A stretch of 64,000 nucleotides of DNA from an uncultured Actinomycetota bacterium (GCA_963753435.1 CAVWCF010000001.1:1120001-1184000), one strand, 5' to 3'. Shown: positions 1 to 10,781, numbered from the stretch's first letter. Numbers and translations are program-made. Notes: a model not told the origin generated them from the sequence alone.

Positions 1-676
1 TGCCCAGCGCCTTGAGGAAGATCGTGACCGGCTGCTTGCGCTTGCGGTCCACGCGGACCCCGACGAGGCCCTTCTTGTCGATCTCGAACTCCAGCCAGGC
101 GCCCCGGCTGGGGATGATCTTGCCGGTGTAGATGTCCTGGTCGGACGTCTTGTCCGGGGTCTTCTCGAAGTAGGCGCCCGGAGAGCGGACCAGCTGGGAC
201 ACGACCACACGCTCGGTGCCGTTGATGATGAACGTGCCCTTGGGCGTCATCAGCGGGAAGTCACCCATGAACACCGTCTGGCTCTTGATCTCGCCAGTCT
301 CGTTGTTCATGAACTCCGCTGTTACGAACAGCGGGGCGGCATAGGTGAAGTCCTTCTCCTTGCACTCATCGATGGAGTTCTTCGGCTCGTAGAACTCCGG
401 TGCGGAGAAGCTCAGGGACATCGTTCCCTGGAAGTCCTCAATCGGACTGATCTCTTCGAAGATCTCAGCCAGACCGGGCTTGGCCGGCACGCGCCGGCCC
501 TCCTTCTCGGCCCGGGCGACGCGATCGCGCCAGGCCTCAGCGCCCATCAGCCAGTCGAATGACTCGACCTGCAGCGACAGGAGGTCAGGGACCTCCAGAG
601 GTTCGCGCAGTTTGGCGAAAGAGACGCGGTGCGGAGCAGTGGACGGGGACTTCTTTGACGCGGTGCGCGGGGCCAA
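1..676 (-). CDS. rpoB: RNA polymerase beta subunit, 5' part (runs off window)
   Basis: Minus strand from TTG at 676, after a GGAAGG RBS, reads [33 protein letters not shown]...[32 protein letters not shown]; follows rplL. Confidence 0.97.
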   Translation of the reverse strand, partial: MAPRTASKKSPSTAPHRVSFAKLREPLEVPDLLSLQVESFDWLMGAEAWRDRVARAEKEGRRVPAKPGLAEIFEEISPIEDFQGTMSLSFSAPEFYEPKNSIDECKEKDFTYAAPLFVTAEFMNNETGEIKSQTVFMGDFPLMTPKGTFIINGTERVVVSQLVRSPGAYFEKTPDKTSDQDIYTGKIIPSRGAWLEFEIDKKGLVGVRVDRKRKQPVTIFLKALG

Positions 677-907
677 GAGGCGTCCTTCCGGGGAGTTCGC
701 CAACACGTTCAGAGCGCAGGACTGACGGCCACGGTCAATTCCGTGGTTGATGTCAGGGGGCAGCGCAAAGCGACACGTTAGTGGGAAGGCGCGCAGATGT
801 CCAACCGGTCAAGTCGCCGCAGCGAGGCACAGCCTTGGCGCGGGGCAAGCCCGGCGCGCGGAACGTACCCGCCCCCGCCGCCGGAGTCCAGCACCATCCA
901 CAGCCTT

Positions 908-962
908 ACCGCCTTGAATGCGGCATTCAGGCGGATAGACCGCGTCCGCGCCGTCTCACCCA
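908..962 (+). repeat. Dispersed ~55-bp intergenic repeat, copy 1
   Basis: ACCGCCTTGAATGCGGCATTCAGGCGGATAGACCGCG...GCCGTCTCACC aligns without gaps to 23174-23228 and to the reverse complement of 24202-24256. Confidence 0.8.
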
Positions 963-1023
963 GTGAGAATGCGGCGGACACGGGGCGCCGACCCCAGGAC
1001 GCAGCCGAACAGTGTCCGGGCAT

Positions 1024-1059
1024 GCCAAAGGGGGCGGCCCGAAGGCCGCCCCCTTTGGC
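1024..1059 (-). terminator. Stem-loop terminator/attenuator between rplL and rpoB
   Basis: Perfect 16-bp stem GCCAAAGGGGGCGGCC-CGAA-GGCCGCCCCCTTTGGC; UUCG loop on the minus strand. Confidence 0.8.
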
Positions 1060-1083
1060 TGGCGACGTTGCGTCGCCGTCAGA

Positions 1084-1476
1084 TCACTTGACGGTGACCT
1101 TGGCGCCGGCGGCCTCGAGGGCCTCCTTCGCCTTGTCGGCCGCCTCCTTGTTGACCTTCTCCAGGACGGCCTTGGGGGCGCCCTCGACCAGGTCCTTGGC
1201 CTCCTTCAGGCCGAGGCTGGTGAGCGAGCGCACCTCCTTGATGACCTGGATCTTCTTGTCGCCGCCGTCTTCGATGATGACGTCGAACTCGTCCTGCTCG
1301 GCGGCGGCTTCACCGGCGTCGCCGCCGGCGCCGGCGGCCGGGGCCGCAGCAACGGCGACCGGGGCGGCCGCAGTCACGCCGAATGTGTCTTCGAACTGCT
1401 TCACGAACTCGGACAGCTCCAGGAGGCTCATCTCCTTGAACGCGTCCAGCAGCTCGTCAGTGCTGAGCTTGGCCAT
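1084..1476 (-). CDS. rplL: 50S ribosomal protein L7/L12
   Basis: [10 protein letters not shown]...[25 protein letters not shown]. Confidence 0.99.
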   Translation of the reverse strand: MAKLSTDELLDAFKEMSLLELSEFVKQFEDTFGVTAAAPVAVAAAPAAGAGGDAGEAAAEQDEFDVIIEDGGDKKIQVIKEVRSLTSLGLKEAKDLVEGAPKAVLEKVNKEAADKAKEALEAAGAKVTVK

Positions 1477-1530
1477 TGCTGGTCCTTCCTGTCGTTCCGG
1501 GCGGAGGGCCCGGGTTTCTCCGGGTTTTCC

Positions 1531-2287
1531 TCAGCCCTGGGGGCTGTCCTCGTCGGCCGTTTCGGCCGCGGGGGTCTCGTCGGCGGCCTCGGCCGCCTCT
1601 TCTGCCGCACCCTCGGGCGCAGCGGTTGCCTCCGGCTCGGTGGCCTCGTCGGCCACTGCCTCGGGCTCGGTCGCCTCGGTGACCTCGGCTTCGGGCTCGG
1701 TCAGCTTCGGTGGCCTCCGCCTCAGCCGCAGCCGCAGCGGGGGCGCCGGCGCCACCGGCCAAGATGCTCGGGTCGGCCTCGGCCTTGGCGCGCAGGGCCT
1801 CGATCAAGCGCGCCGCCTGGGACAGCGGGGCGTTGAACAGCGAGGCGGCCTGCGACAGCGAGGCCGTCATGGCGCCGGCCAACTTGGCCAGCAGAACCTC
1901 GCGGCTCTCCAGGTCGGCCAGCTTCTTGACTTCCTCGGCCGTGACCGGGGCGCCCTCGAAGTAGCCGCCCTTGATCACGAGGGCGGGGTGGTCCTTGGCG
2001 AAAGCCTTCAGGCCCTTGGCCGCCTCGACCGGGTCGCCGCTGACGAACGCGATGGCGGACGGGCCACTCAGCAGATCGTCGAGGCCCTCCACGCCGGCGT
2101 CCTTGGCGGCGATCTTGGTGAGCGTGTTCTTGACCACCGCGTAGGTGGTGGACGAACCGAGCGCTCGACGCAGTTCCTTCAGCTCGGCCACGCTCAGCCC
2201 GCGGTACTCGGTGAGGACGGCGGCGTCGCTGCTGCGGAAACGATCCGCCAGCTCCGCAACCGCGGTGGCCTTGTCTGCCCGTGCCAT
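1531..2287 (-). CDS. rplJ: 50S ribosomal protein L10 with long acidic C-terminal tail (apparent frameshift ~1700)
   Basis: [10 protein letters not shown]...[18 protein letters not shown]...VVKNTL; the tail continues in the 1531..1755 frame (TEPEA repeats). Confidence 0.95.
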
Positions 2288-2339
2288 CAGGCTCCTTCCA
2301 GTCGGTCCGCACGCCCACCCGAAAACGAGAAACGCCCCA

Positions 2340-2458
2340 GCGCAGATGCGCGGGGCGTCGGCCACTAGCAGTGGCGTTCTGCTTCACACACCTGCGCGGG
2401 CCGCCCGTTCTCGGGCTTTCGGTCACCTCGCGGTGACGACCTGCGGTCTTCGGCGAGC
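2340..2458 (-). promoter_or_regulatory. L10 leader (rplJL autoregulatory RNA)
   Basis: Minus strand CCGAAGACCGCAGG...CCCGCGCAGG with internal hairpins, directly upstream of rplJ; boundaries approximate. Confidence 0.7.
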
Positions 2459-2567
2459 CGCAGCGTACGCGGCGGCCCGGCCGACGGTCAAAACGATGCT
2501 GTTGCGGGGGCGGTTGTGGCCACGGCTGCAGTTGCAGCCGAAGCCCGCGCGCCTTGCCGAGTCCGGC

Positions 2568-3278
2568 TCAGGCCGACTCGGCGACGTCCTCGGTACGACC
2601 GGCGGGGTCGACCTGGATGCCGGGGCCCATCGTCGTGGAAACGGTGATCTTGCGGATGTACCGGCCCTTGGCGCTGGACGGCTTCAACCGCAGTACCTCG
2701 TCCAGCACGGCCTGGTAGTTCTCCGCGAGCTGTTCCTCGCTGAAGGAGACCTTGCCGATGATGGTGTGCAGGTTCGCGTTGCGATCGACGCGGAACTCGA
2801 TCTTGCCGCCCTTGATGTCGGCGACAGCCTTGGCCACGTCCATGGTCACGGTGCCGACCTTGGGGTTCGGCATCAGACCGCGCGGACCCAGCACCCGGCC
2901 GAGGCGACCGACCTTGCCCATGTGGTCGGGGGTGGCGACGACCGCGTCGAAGTCCAGGCGACCACCTTCGACCTCGGCGATCAACTCGTCCGAGCCGACG
3001 ATGTCGGCGCCGGCGTTGCGGGCCTCCTCGGCCTTCTCGCCGCCGGCGAACACCAGGACGCGGGCGGTCTTGCCCGTGCCGTTGGGCAGGTTCACCGTGC
3101 CGCGGACCATCTGGTCGGCCTTGCGCGGGTCTACACCCAGCCGCATCGAGACCTCGACGGTCGAGTCGAACTTGGTCGCAGACGTGCTCTTGGCCAGGCT
3201 CAGTGCCTCCGACGGGCCGTACAGCTTGTCCCGGTCGAGACCCTCAGCGGCCTTGCGGTAACTCTTCGCGCGCTTCAT
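2568..3278 (-). CDS. rplA: 50S ribosomal protein L1
   Basis: MKRAKSYR...[25 protein letters not shown]...[16 protein letters not shown]. Confidence 0.99.
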   Translation of the reverse strand: MKRAKSYRKAAEGLDRDKLYGPSEALSLAKSTSATKFDSTVEVSMRLGVDPRKADQMVRGTVNLPNGTGKTARVLVFAGGEKAEEARNAGADIVGSDELIAEVEGGRLDFDAVVATPDHMGKVGRLGRVLGPRGLMPNPKVGTVTMDVAKAVADIKGGKIEFRVDRNANLHTIIGKVSFSEEQLAENYQAVLDEVLRLKPSSAKGRYIRKITVSTTMGPGIQVDPAGRTEDVAESA

Positions 3279-3305
3279 CTGTTCGTCCTTTCTTCGTGAA
3301 CAGTC

Positions 3306-3335
3306 GTGGTGTGTGGGCCGCGCGGGCCCTCCCAC
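3306..3335 (-). promoter_or_regulatory. Probable L1-binding mRNA site between rplK and rplA
   Basis: GTGGGAGGGCC-CGCGC-GGCCC-ACAC-ACCAC stem with asymmetric internal loop, at the position typical of actinobacterial L1 sites. Confidence 0.6.
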
Positions 3336-3414
3336 TGCCCCCGGCACCTGGTGTGCCGGGAAGTCGATTCGGTTGTTACGCGGGCGATCGCCAAGTGGCG
3401 ACGCAGCGGTTGGT

Positions 3415-3846
3415 TCAGCCGGTGACGTTGATGCCCATGGAGCGTGCGGTCCCGGCGATGATCTGCTCGGCCGCGTCCAGGTCGTTGGCGTTGAGGTCGG
3501 CCATCTTGGTTTCGGCGATCTCACGCACCTGCGCCCGAGTGACCGAACCGACCTTCTCCTTGTGCGGCACGCCGCTGCCCTTCTGCAGCCCGGCCGCCTT
3601 CAGCAGCAACTGCGCCGCCGGCGGGGTCTTGGTGATGAAGTCGAACGAACGGTCCTCGTAGACCGTGATCTCGACCGGAATCACCTGGCCACGCTGGGAC
3701 TCAGTCGCAGCGTTGTAGGCCTTGCAGAACTCCATGATGTTGACGCCGTGCTGACCCAGGGCAGGTCCGACCGGCGGCGCGGGGTTCGCCTGGCCAGCCT
3801 GAATCTGCAGCTTGATCAGCCCGGAGACCTTCTTCTTGGGGGGCAT
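3415..3846 (-). CDS. rplK: 50S ribosomal protein L11
   Basis: MPPKKK...[27 protein letters not shown]. Confidence 0.99.
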   Translation of the reverse strand: MPPKKKVSGLIKLQIQAGQANPAPPVGPALGQHGVNIMEFCKAYNAATESQRGQVIPVEITVYEDRSFDFITKTPPAAQLLLKAAGLQKGSGVPHKEKVGSVTRAQVREIAETKMADLNANDLDAAEQIIAGTARSMGINVTG

Positions 3847-3879
3847 GCTGTCCTTCTTGCAGTCGGTTGACGCGGTGCG

Positions 3880-4806
3880 TCAGTTCTTCTGAATGTTGCT
3901 GAATTCCAACTCGACCGGGGTCTCCCGGCCGAAGATCTCAACGAAGGCCTTGACCCGCTTGCTGTCGGGGTGGACCTCGTCAATGGTGGCCAGAAGACCG
4001 GCGAAAGCGTGCTCGCCGATGATCGTGACCGAGTCGCCCGCCGAGAAGTCCAGAACGCGGACCTCCGTCGGCGCTGCGCCACCACCGGAACCGGCCTTCT
4101 TCTCCGGCTTGGGAGCCAGGATGGCCACCACCTCGTCGATGGTCAGCGGCGTGGGCGCGTGCCCGTGCCCGACGAAGCCGGTGACACCGGGGGTGTTGCG
4201 AACCGTTCCCCATGAGGTGTCGTTCAGGTCCATGCGAACCAGCACGTACCCGGGGAACTTGTTGCGCTTGACGTTCTTGCGCTGGTTGTTCTTGATCTCG
4301 ACGACCTCTTCGGTCGGGACCTCAACCTGGAAGATGTAGTCCTCCATGTTCATCGAGGACGTCCGCGACTCGATGTTCGTCTTCACCCGGTTCTCGTACC
4401 CGGCGTACGAGTGCACCACGTACCAATCGCCGAGTGCGGTACGCAGCGACTCCCGCAGCTGGGTGACCGGGTCGTCCTCGTCTTCCTCCGCGCTCTCGTC
4501 TTCGGCGCTCTCGTCGACAGCCACGGCCGGCTCGTCGCCCGCCTCCTCGCCGGCGTCCGCCGCGCTGGCGTCCGCCTCGGCGGAGTCCCCCGTGAGGTCG
4601 ATCAGCTCCGAATCGCCGGCCGCATCGGCACCGGCGGCGTCCGCAACTACGTCGCCGGACTCCGCGGGTTGACTGTCATCGGCAACGTCGGTGGGCGGCG
4701 TGGCGTCAGCACCGGAGCCGGGAACCGCGAACGGGTCCCGGGACGGGGCGTTGGACGGAGCATCCGTCGGCGCATCGGCGGCGGACTGCTGGGGAACCTC
4801 GGACAC
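3880..4806 (-). CDS. nusG: Transcription factor NusG with long acidic N-terminal extension
   Basis: WYVVHSYAGYENRVK...FPGYVLV...VEIFGRETPVELEF; GTG at 4806 after AGGAAGG. Confidence 0.96.
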   Translation of the reverse strand: MSEVPQQSAADAPTDAPSNAPSRDPFAVPGSGADATPPTDVADDSQPAESGDVVADAAGADAAGDSELIDLTGDSAEADASAADAGEEAGDEPAVAVDESAEDESAEEDEDDPVTQLRESLRTALGDWYVVHSYAGYENRVKTNIESRTSSMNMEDYIFQVEVPTEEVVEIKNNQRKNVKRNKFPGYVLVRMDLNDTSWGTVRNTPGVTGFVGHGHAPTPLTIDEVVAILAPKPEKKAGSGGGAAPTEVRVLDFSAGDSVTIIGEHAFAGLLATIDEVHPDSKRVKAFVEIFGRETPVELEFSNIQKN

Positions 4807-4850
4807 TTGGTCCTTCCTGGGGTCGATGAGTCGTTCTAGTTCGGGCGGCG

Positions 4851-5102
4851 TCAATCGCCGAAGATGGCGATCGCCAGCCGGCCGAAGATGACGTCCTCGA
4901 CGCCGATGATCACCATCATGATCAACACGAAGACCAAGACGACCGACGTGTAGGTGATCAGTTCGCGCCGGGTCGGCCAAACAACCTTGCGGAGCTCGGC
5001 GACGACCTGCCGATAGAACAACCCGATCCGGGAGAACAGGCCGCGCTTCTCGCCCTTCGGCGGCTTGCCGGGCCCGCGCTCAGCGGTTGTGGTGTCGGAC
5101 AC
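4851..5102 (-). CDS. secE: Preprotein translocase subunit SecE
   Basis: FYRQVVAELRKVVWPTRREL plus TM helix; between tRNA-Trp and nusG. Confidence 0.96.
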   Translation of the reverse strand: MSDTTTAERGPGKPPKGEKRGLFSRIGLFYRQVVAELRKVVWPTRRELITYTSVVLVFVLIMMVIIGVEDVIFGRLAIAIFGD

Positions 5103-5180
5103 GTTCCTCACCTGGTCGTCGTCGGTACTTCGCCCCCCGCCCGGCTGGACGAAAGGCTAGGCGCACCTAGGTGCACCGAG

Positions 5181-5254
5181 CAGGGCCGGGGGGACTCGAA
5201 CCCCCAACCACCGGTTTTGGAGACCGGGACTCTAGCCAATTGAGCTACGGCCCT
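5181..5254 (-). tRNA. tRNA-Trp (CCA)
   Basis: AGGGCCGTAGCTCAATTGGCTAGAG...CTCCAAAA...GTTCGAGTCC...CGGCCCTG. Confidence 0.97.
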
Positions 5255-5392
5255 CCGGTGGCCAACAGCCGCGGCCGACCCGCCCGTCTGGGCATGCTGA
5301 CGCACGGCGGACCAGCCACCTTCGCGAAGAGTGTACGCCCCGACCGCCCTCCGGGTCGAACCGTCCAGAACCGGGGTGAAACGATGCCCGGC

Positions 5393-6607
5393 ATGACCGA
5401 AACGCCACGCTCCCGGGTCTCCGCCCGCATCGGCGCCATCGCCGAGTCCGCCACGCTGGCCGTCGACGCCAAGGCCAAGGCTCTCAAGGCCGCGGGCCGG
5501 CCGGTGATCGGCTTCGGCGCCGGGGAACCGGACTTCCCCACGCCGGACTACATCGTGGAAGCCGCAGTCGCCGCGTGCCGGGACCCGCGCTGGCACCGCT
5601 ACTCCCCAGCCGCCGGCATCCCCGCGCTGCGCGAAGCGGTCGCCGCCAAGACGCTGCGCGACAGCGGCTACGCGGTCGAGGCGTCGCAGGTGCTGATCAC
5701 CAACGGCGGCAAGCAGGCCGTCTACAACACCTTCGCCGCGCTGCTGGACCCCGGGGACGAGGTGCTGCTGCCGGCGCCGTACTGGACCACCTACCCGGAG
5801 TCGATCCAGTTGGCCGGGGGTGTTCCGGTAGTCATCGACACCGACGAGACCAGCGGCTACCGCGCCACGGTCGAGCAGTTGGCCGCAGCGGTCACTCCAC
5901 GAACCAAGGCACTGCTGTTCTGCTCCCCCTCCAACCCGACCGGGGCCGTGTACACGCCGGCCGAGGTGGCTGCCATCGGCCGGTGGGCGGCCGAAGCGGG
6001 CATCTGGGTGGTCACCGACGAGATCTACGAGCACCTGGTCTACGGCGATGCGGAGTTCTCGTCCATGCCGGCGGCAGTGCCGGAGTTGGCGGATCGCTGC
6101 GTGGTCGTCAACGGCGTTGCCAAGACCTACGCGATGACCGGGTGGCGGGTCGGCTGGATGATCGGTCCCACGGATGTCATCAAGGCGGCCGGCAACCTGC
6201 AGAGCCACGCCACCTCCAACGTCGCCAACGTCTCGCAGATGGCTGCGTTGGCCGCTGTCAGCGGGGATCTGTCGGCCGTGGAGCAGATGCGCTCGGCCTT
6301 CGACCGGCGTCGCCAGCTGATCACCGAGATGCTCAACGCCATCGATGGGGTCGACTGCCCCGAGCCAGAAGGCGCCTTCTACGTCTATCCGTCGGTCAAG
6401 GCCGTGCTGGGCCGAACCATCCGCGGGCGCACCCCGGTGGACACCGTGGAGTTGGCGGCGCTGATCCTGGACGAGGTCGAGGTAGCGGTCGTGCCGGGTG
6501 AAGCCTTCGGCACCCCCGGTTACCTGCGGCTGTCCTACGCCCTCGGCGACGACGACCTGGTCGAGGGCGTCACCCGCATCTCGGCGCTGCTCGGCGAAGC
6601 GGGCTAG
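5393..6607 (+). CDS. aspC: PLP-dependent class I aminotransferase (aspartate aminotransferase)
   Basis: [35 protein letters not shown]. Confidence 0.9.
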   Translation: MTETPRSRVSARIGAIAESATLAVDAKAKALKAAGRPVIGFGAGEPDFPTPDYIVEAAVAACRDPRWHRYSPAAGIPALREAVAAKTLRDSGYAVEASQVLITNGGKQAVYNTFAALLDPGDEVLLPAPYWTTYPESIQLAGGVPVVIDTDETSGYRATVEQLAAAVTPRTKALLFCSPSNPTGAVYTPAEVAAIGRWAAEAGIWVVTDEIYEHLVYGDAEFSSMPAAVPELADRCVVVNGVAKTYAMTGWRVGWMIGPTDVIKAAGNLQSHATSNVANVSQMAALAAVSGDLSAVEQMRSAFDRRRQLITEMLNAIDGVDCPEPEGAFYVYPSVKAVLGRTIRGRTPVDTVELAALILDEVEVAVVPGEAFGTPGYLRLSYALGDDDLVEGVTRISALLGEAG

Positions 6608-6616
6608 CGTCGCGGG

Positions 6617-7633
6617 GTGCGGGATCTGCGGCTGCTACCCAAGGCCCACCTGCACCTGCACTTCACCGGCTCCATGCGGCACACCACGCTGCTGGACCTC
6701 GCCGCGCAACGACAAGTGCAACTACCCGAGGCGCTGACCGGCGATTGGCCGCCGGTGCTGTCGGCGGCCGACGAACGCGGCTGGTTTCGGTTCCAACGTC
6801 TCTACGACGCCGCCCGGGCGGTGATGTCGGACGAGAGCGCCGTACGCCGACTGGTGCACGAGGTCGCCGTGGACGAGGCCGCGGACGGGTCGCGGTGGCT
6901 GGAGATCCAGATCGACCCGTCCGGCTACGCGCAGTGGTTCGGCGGGCTGACCCCGACGATCGAGTTGGTGCTCGACGCCGTAGCCGAAGCCGCGACGGCA
7001 ACCGGGGTCGGAATGGCCGTTGTCATCGCGGCCAACCGGACCCGACACCCACTGGACGCGCGCACGCTGGCCCGACTGGCGGCGCAGTACGCCGGACGCG
7101 GCGTCGTGGCCTTCGGTCTGTCCAACGATGAACGCCGGGGGGCCGCTGCCGATTTCGCGCACGCGTTCGCCATCGCCGACCGTGCCGGGCTTGCGGCCGT
7201 ACCCCATGCCGGTGAGTTGCTCGGACCCCAGAGTGTGCGCGAGGCGGTGCAGCACCTAGGTGCGACGCGGCTGGGTCATGGCGTTCGGTCCGTGGAGGAA
7301 GCCGGACTGGCCGAGAATCTGGCCCGGGCCGGGATCGCGCTGGAGGTCTGCCCGACGTCGAACGTCTCCCTGGGCGTCTACCCCGAAGCCGCGGACGTGC
7401 CGCTGCGGCAGTTGCTGGAAGCCGGGGTGACCGTCGCCCTCGGCGCCGATGACCCACTGCTGTTCGGCAACCGAATCGCAGCCCAGTACGAGGTGGCCAG
7501 GTCGGTGCACGGGTGCAGCGACGCGGAGTTGGCCGAGTTGGCCCGGATGTCGTTTCGGGCTTCCTTCGCCCCGACGGACATCGTTAGCGCGGCGATGCGC
7601 GACATCGACGCCTGGCTGGCGTCAGCGGGCTAG
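6617..7633 (+). CDS. add: Adenosine deaminase family protein
   Basis: LPKAHLHLHFTGS, HAGE, RLGHGVR, EVCPTSN, GADDP. Confidence 0.9.
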   Translation: MRDLRLLPKAHLHLHFTGSMRHTTLLDLAAQRQVQLPEALTGDWPPVLSAADERGWFRFQRLYDAARAVMSDESAVRRLVHEVAVDEAADGSRWLEIQIDPSGYAQWFGGLTPTIELVLDAVAEAATATGVGMAVVIAANRTRHPLDARTLARLAAQYAGRGVVAFGLSNDERRGAAADFAHAFAIADRAGLAAVPHAGELLGPQSVREAVQHLGATRLGHGVRSVEEAGLAENLARAGIALEVCPTSNVSLGVYPEAADVPLRQLLEAGVTVALGADDPLLFGNRIAAQYEVARSVHGCSDAELAELARMSFRASFAPTDIVSAAMRDIDAWLASAG

Positions 7634-7714
7634 GCGAGCTGAACGGATTCATGCGAAGTCCCCGAAGCGAGCCATGCACGCTCGGCGGGCCCAAACCTGC
7701 GGAGAAGGGTGGCG

Positions 7715-8739
7715 CTAGAGAGTGAGGCCGATCAGCGTCGGCTCCGGAACCAGTTCAACGCCGAAGCGCGCCAGCACCCCGTCGCGGATCTCGCGGGCCA
7801 ACGCGATGACGTCTGCAGCCGTTGCGGTGCCGGAGTAGTTGGTGATGGCCAGCGTGTGCTTGCTGGACAGCCGTGCCGCCCCGCCGCCGTAGCCGGGCGC
7901 AAAGCCGGCCTGTTCGATGAGCCAAGCCGCTGACGTCTTAATGCGGCCATCGCCGGCCGGGTACCGGGGGGCGGCCGCCGGCAAGGACTCCGCGCGCGCG
8001 GAGTCCAGCACGGGTTGGTGAAGAACGAGCCGACGCTTCGCGTGTCCGGATCGTTGGCGTCCAGGACCATCCCCTTCTTGCGCCGCAACGCCAAGACTGC
8101 GCCGCGCACTTCCGCTGCCGGTGCGCGGGCACCGACCTCGACTCCCAAGGTGCGCGCCAACTCCGCGTAGCGGATCGGCAGACCCAACCGTTCGGTGATC
8201 AGTTGCAGCGTGACGTCCAGGACGACGAATCGATTCGGTGCGGCTTTCAGCGAACTCGTGCGGTAGCCGAGGCCGAGGTCGCCGACCGCCAGCGTGCGCA
8301 CCCGACCTTCGTGCCGGTCAAAGGCCCGGATCCGCGCCAGCGTGTCACCGACTTCCTGCCCGTAGGCGCCGACGTTCTGAATGGGCGTGGCCCCGGTCAA
8401 CCCGGGGATGCCCGAAAGCGCCTCGATGCCGGCCAGCCCGTCGTGGATCGCCCGCTGCACCGCCTCGTCCCACGGTTCGCCCGCGGCAATGGTGACCAGA
8501 ACGCCACCGCAGGAATCGGAGTCCCGATGCATCCCGCGGTGGCCGACGCGCACGACCACACCGTCGAAACCGTCGGCGGAAACGACGACGTTCGACCCGC
8601 CGCCCAACACCAGCAGGGGCTCCCCCTGATCGTCAGCCGCGCGGATGGCGTCGATGAGTTCGGTCTCCGAGTCGGCGGTGACCCACCGCCGGGCGGGGCC
8701 ACCGACCCCCAACGTGGTGACGTCCGCAAACGTCGTCAT
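7715..8739 (-). CDS. murB: UDP-N-acetylmuramate dehydrogenase (apparent frameshift ~8010)
   Basis: [33 protein letters not shown]; continues in another frame with [24 protein letters not shown]. Confidence 0.93.
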
Positions 8740-9668
8740 GGCCGGGGCGCCAAAAGCCCGTCGCGACCACGGAACCGCTTGAGCAGTCGGTCATAGGTGC
8801 GCTTGGACTCGACTTCCCGAAACTCCGGATCGCTGTCGTGGTACCCGTGGTGCCGTCCCTGGCGCACGGGCAACTCATCGGTGGCCACCGGCTGCACCAG
8901 GCGTCCACCGGCCTCCCGGAGCAGCAGCGACCACTCCATGTCCGCGTTGCGATAGAAGCGCGCCTTACGGCTGGGCGGCGTCCCGGCGGCGGCGTCCCGG
9001 CGCACGGCCAACAGGTAACCGAGCAGCGCGTCGACTTCACCCGCGTCGGCATCGACGAACGTGCGCCAGTCGTCTTCCAGGTTCACGTTGACGCCGCGCC
9101 ATCCGGCCGCCACCACATCGCCGGTCAGGGCCGCGGCGAGGGGCGTGATCGCGTCACCGGTGAGGACCGACGACAAGTCCAGGACCACCTGCGCCGTAGC
9201 GGTGTCGGCACGAAGCAGGGCGGTTACGGCCGGGCCCCAGCCGACCGGCGCGTTGACATGGAACACCGAGACGCGGTCGTTGGCGGCGGCCAACTCCTCC
9301 AGCGCCACTCCGGCGTCGTCCACATTGCCGACATCAAGGGCGATCACGCGCAACTGGGCCGGTCCGTGCTGCAGCAGGCTCTCGACGCAAGTGCGCACGT
9401 CGTCAGGCCAGCCGTCCACGACCAGCAGCGCCGAAACGGCATGGGTGTCCGGCTCCTGGCTGCGATCGGGCAGGTCGCTCAGCCGGTCCAGTACCGCAAA
9501 CGGCGGCGCCTCGGCTAGCTCAAAGCCGTCCGGGGTGTCGGTGAGCAGCCAGCCCGCGTCGGCGATCCGCCGGCGTAACTCATCGGCGGTGGCGAAGTCC
9601 CTGGCCTGACGTGCCGCAGCCCGCTGCTCGGCCCAGGCCAGGACTTCGTCGGGGGGCTGCGCCGACAT
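8736..9668 (-). CDS. CysRS C-terminal-like helical domain fused to GT2-like glycosyltransferase
   Basis: N-term RAAARQARDFATADELRRRIADAGWLLTDTPDG; then CVESLL, IALDVGNVDD, EVDALLGYLLAVRR, FYRNADMEWS. Confidence 0.7.
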   Translation of the reverse strand: MSAQPPDEVLAWAEQRAAARQARDFATADELRRRIADAGWLLTDTPDGFELAEAPPFAVLDRLSDLPDRSQEPDTHAVSALLVVDGWPDDVRTCVESLLQHGPAQLRVIALDVGNVDDAGVALEELAAANDRVSVFHVNAPVGWGPAVTALLRADTATAQVVLDLSSVLTGDAITPLAAALTGDVVAAGWRGVNVNLEDDWRTFVDADAGEVDALLGYLLAVRRDAAAGTPPSRKARFYRNADMEWSLLLREAGGRLVQPVATDELPVRQGRHHGYHDSDPEFREVESKRTYDRLLKRFRGRDGLLAPRP

Positions 9669-9670
9669 CG

Positions 9671-10063
9671 CTACACCCGAACCGTGGCGCGAGCTCGGCC
9701 GAGCACCTTGTCCGCGCCGCATCGTGCGGTCAGGTCGACCTTGGCGGTCCCGTCCGCGTCCGCCGGAGACATCGAGACCTCGAAGTCGACGGTGGCACCG
9801 GCGTCGTCGTCAGGGACCACCACCGGCTTGGTGAAGCGCACGGAGTAGTTCAGGAGCCGGGCGGGGTCCCCCAGCCAGTCCGTCAGCACCCGCGCGCCCA
9901 ACGCCATGGTGAACATGCCGTGAGCGATGACCCCCGGCAGCCCGACAGACGTGGCGATCCGGTCGCTGTAGTGAATCGGGTTGAAGTCGCCGCTGGCCCC
10001 GGCGTAGCGCACCAGGTCGGCCCTGGTGACCGTGAAGGACTGCGCAGCCACGACCTCGCTCAT
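9671..10063 (-). CDS. MaoC-family dehydratase (HadB-like)
   Basis: YAGASGDFNPIH...IAHGM hydratase-2 motif. Confidence 0.92.
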   Translation of the reverse strand: MSEVVAAQSFTVTRADLVRYAGASGDFNPIHYSDRIATSVGLPGVIAHGMFTMALGARVLTDWLGDPARLLNYSVRFTKPVVVPDDDAGATVDFEVSMSPADADGTAKVDLTARCGADKVLGRARATVRV

Positions 10064-10497
10064 TCGTCCTCCGCCCGGGAGACCAGCGTGCTGGAGAGGA
10101 CGACGACCGTTTCACCGGCCGCGTCGGCCACCTCGGTGCTAGCGGTCAGGACGGTGTTGCCCATGAGCACCTTGACCGCGGTGACGCTGACCGTGGCGGT
10201 GAGCAGGTCCCCGGCAACGATGGGGCGGCGGTACTCGAAGCCTTGATCGGAGTGCACGATCCGGGCGTAGTCCAGGCCACTGTCGGCGTCGGCGATCACC
10301 GCGTCCAGGGCATCCAGGCCCAGAACTATCGCGAACGTGGGCGGCGCGACCACGTTCGCGTAGCCGGCTGAGCGCGCGGCCTCGGCGTCGTGATGCAGGG
10401 GCCCGGTCTCGCCGATGGCAGTGGCGAACTCGCGGACCTTCTCCACGCCCACCTCATACGGGTGGCGCGGGGGGTACGTGCGTCCGACGATCGACAT
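10060..10497 (-). CDS. MaoC/FAS1-like dehydratase N-terminal domain protein (HadA-like)
   Basis: YEVGVEKVREFATAIG...APPTF...IVHSDQGFEYRRPIVAGD. Confidence 0.9.
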   Translation of the reverse strand: MSIVGRTYPPRHPYEVGVEKVREFATAIGETGPLHHDAEAARSAGYANVVAPPTFAIVLGLDALDAVIADADSGLDYARIVHSDQGFEYRRPIVAGDLLTATVSVTAVKVLMGNTVLTASTEVADAAGETVVVLSSTLVSRAEDE

Positions 10498-10549
10498 GGC
10501 CGCTTGACGCTAACGCACCAGGCTGCAGCGATCGGCTACGGCGACCGGG

Positions 10550-10714
10550 TCAGCGCGTCTCGCGGTGATCCGTGTGCTTGCCGCAGTTCGGGCAGAACTT
10601 CTTGAACTCGATGCGGTCTGGGTCGTTCCGCCGGTTCTTGCGCGTGATGTAGTTGCGGTTCTTGCACTCCACGCACGCCATCGTGATCTTGGGGCGGACG
10701 TCGCTCTTGGCCAC
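10550..10714 (-). CDS. rpmG: 50S ribosomal protein L33 (zinc-binding C+ type), not in the ORF track
   Basis: [56 protein letters not shown]-stop, 54 aa. Confidence 0.97.
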   Translation of the reverse strand: MAKSDVRPKITMACVECKNRNYITRKNRRNDPDRIEFKKFCPNCGKHTDHRETR

Positions 10715-10781
10715 CGGAGTGCCCTTCTGTCGAAATCGTTACTACAGGTCGTGCGGCCGGCCGAGTTACCGGCGGTCGCAG

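Noticed and set aside
797-2368. Long + strand ORFs opposite ribosomal genes, and similar shadow ORFs opposite nuo, kor and men genes
   Set aside because: Antisense open frames expected from high-GC codon bias; no recognisable motifs.
7715-8739. murB (also nuoE, nuoH, menE) as pseudogenes or programmed frameshifts
   Set aside because: Single indels, in murB in a short C run, with conserved sequence on both sides in core genes; best explained as sequencing errors.
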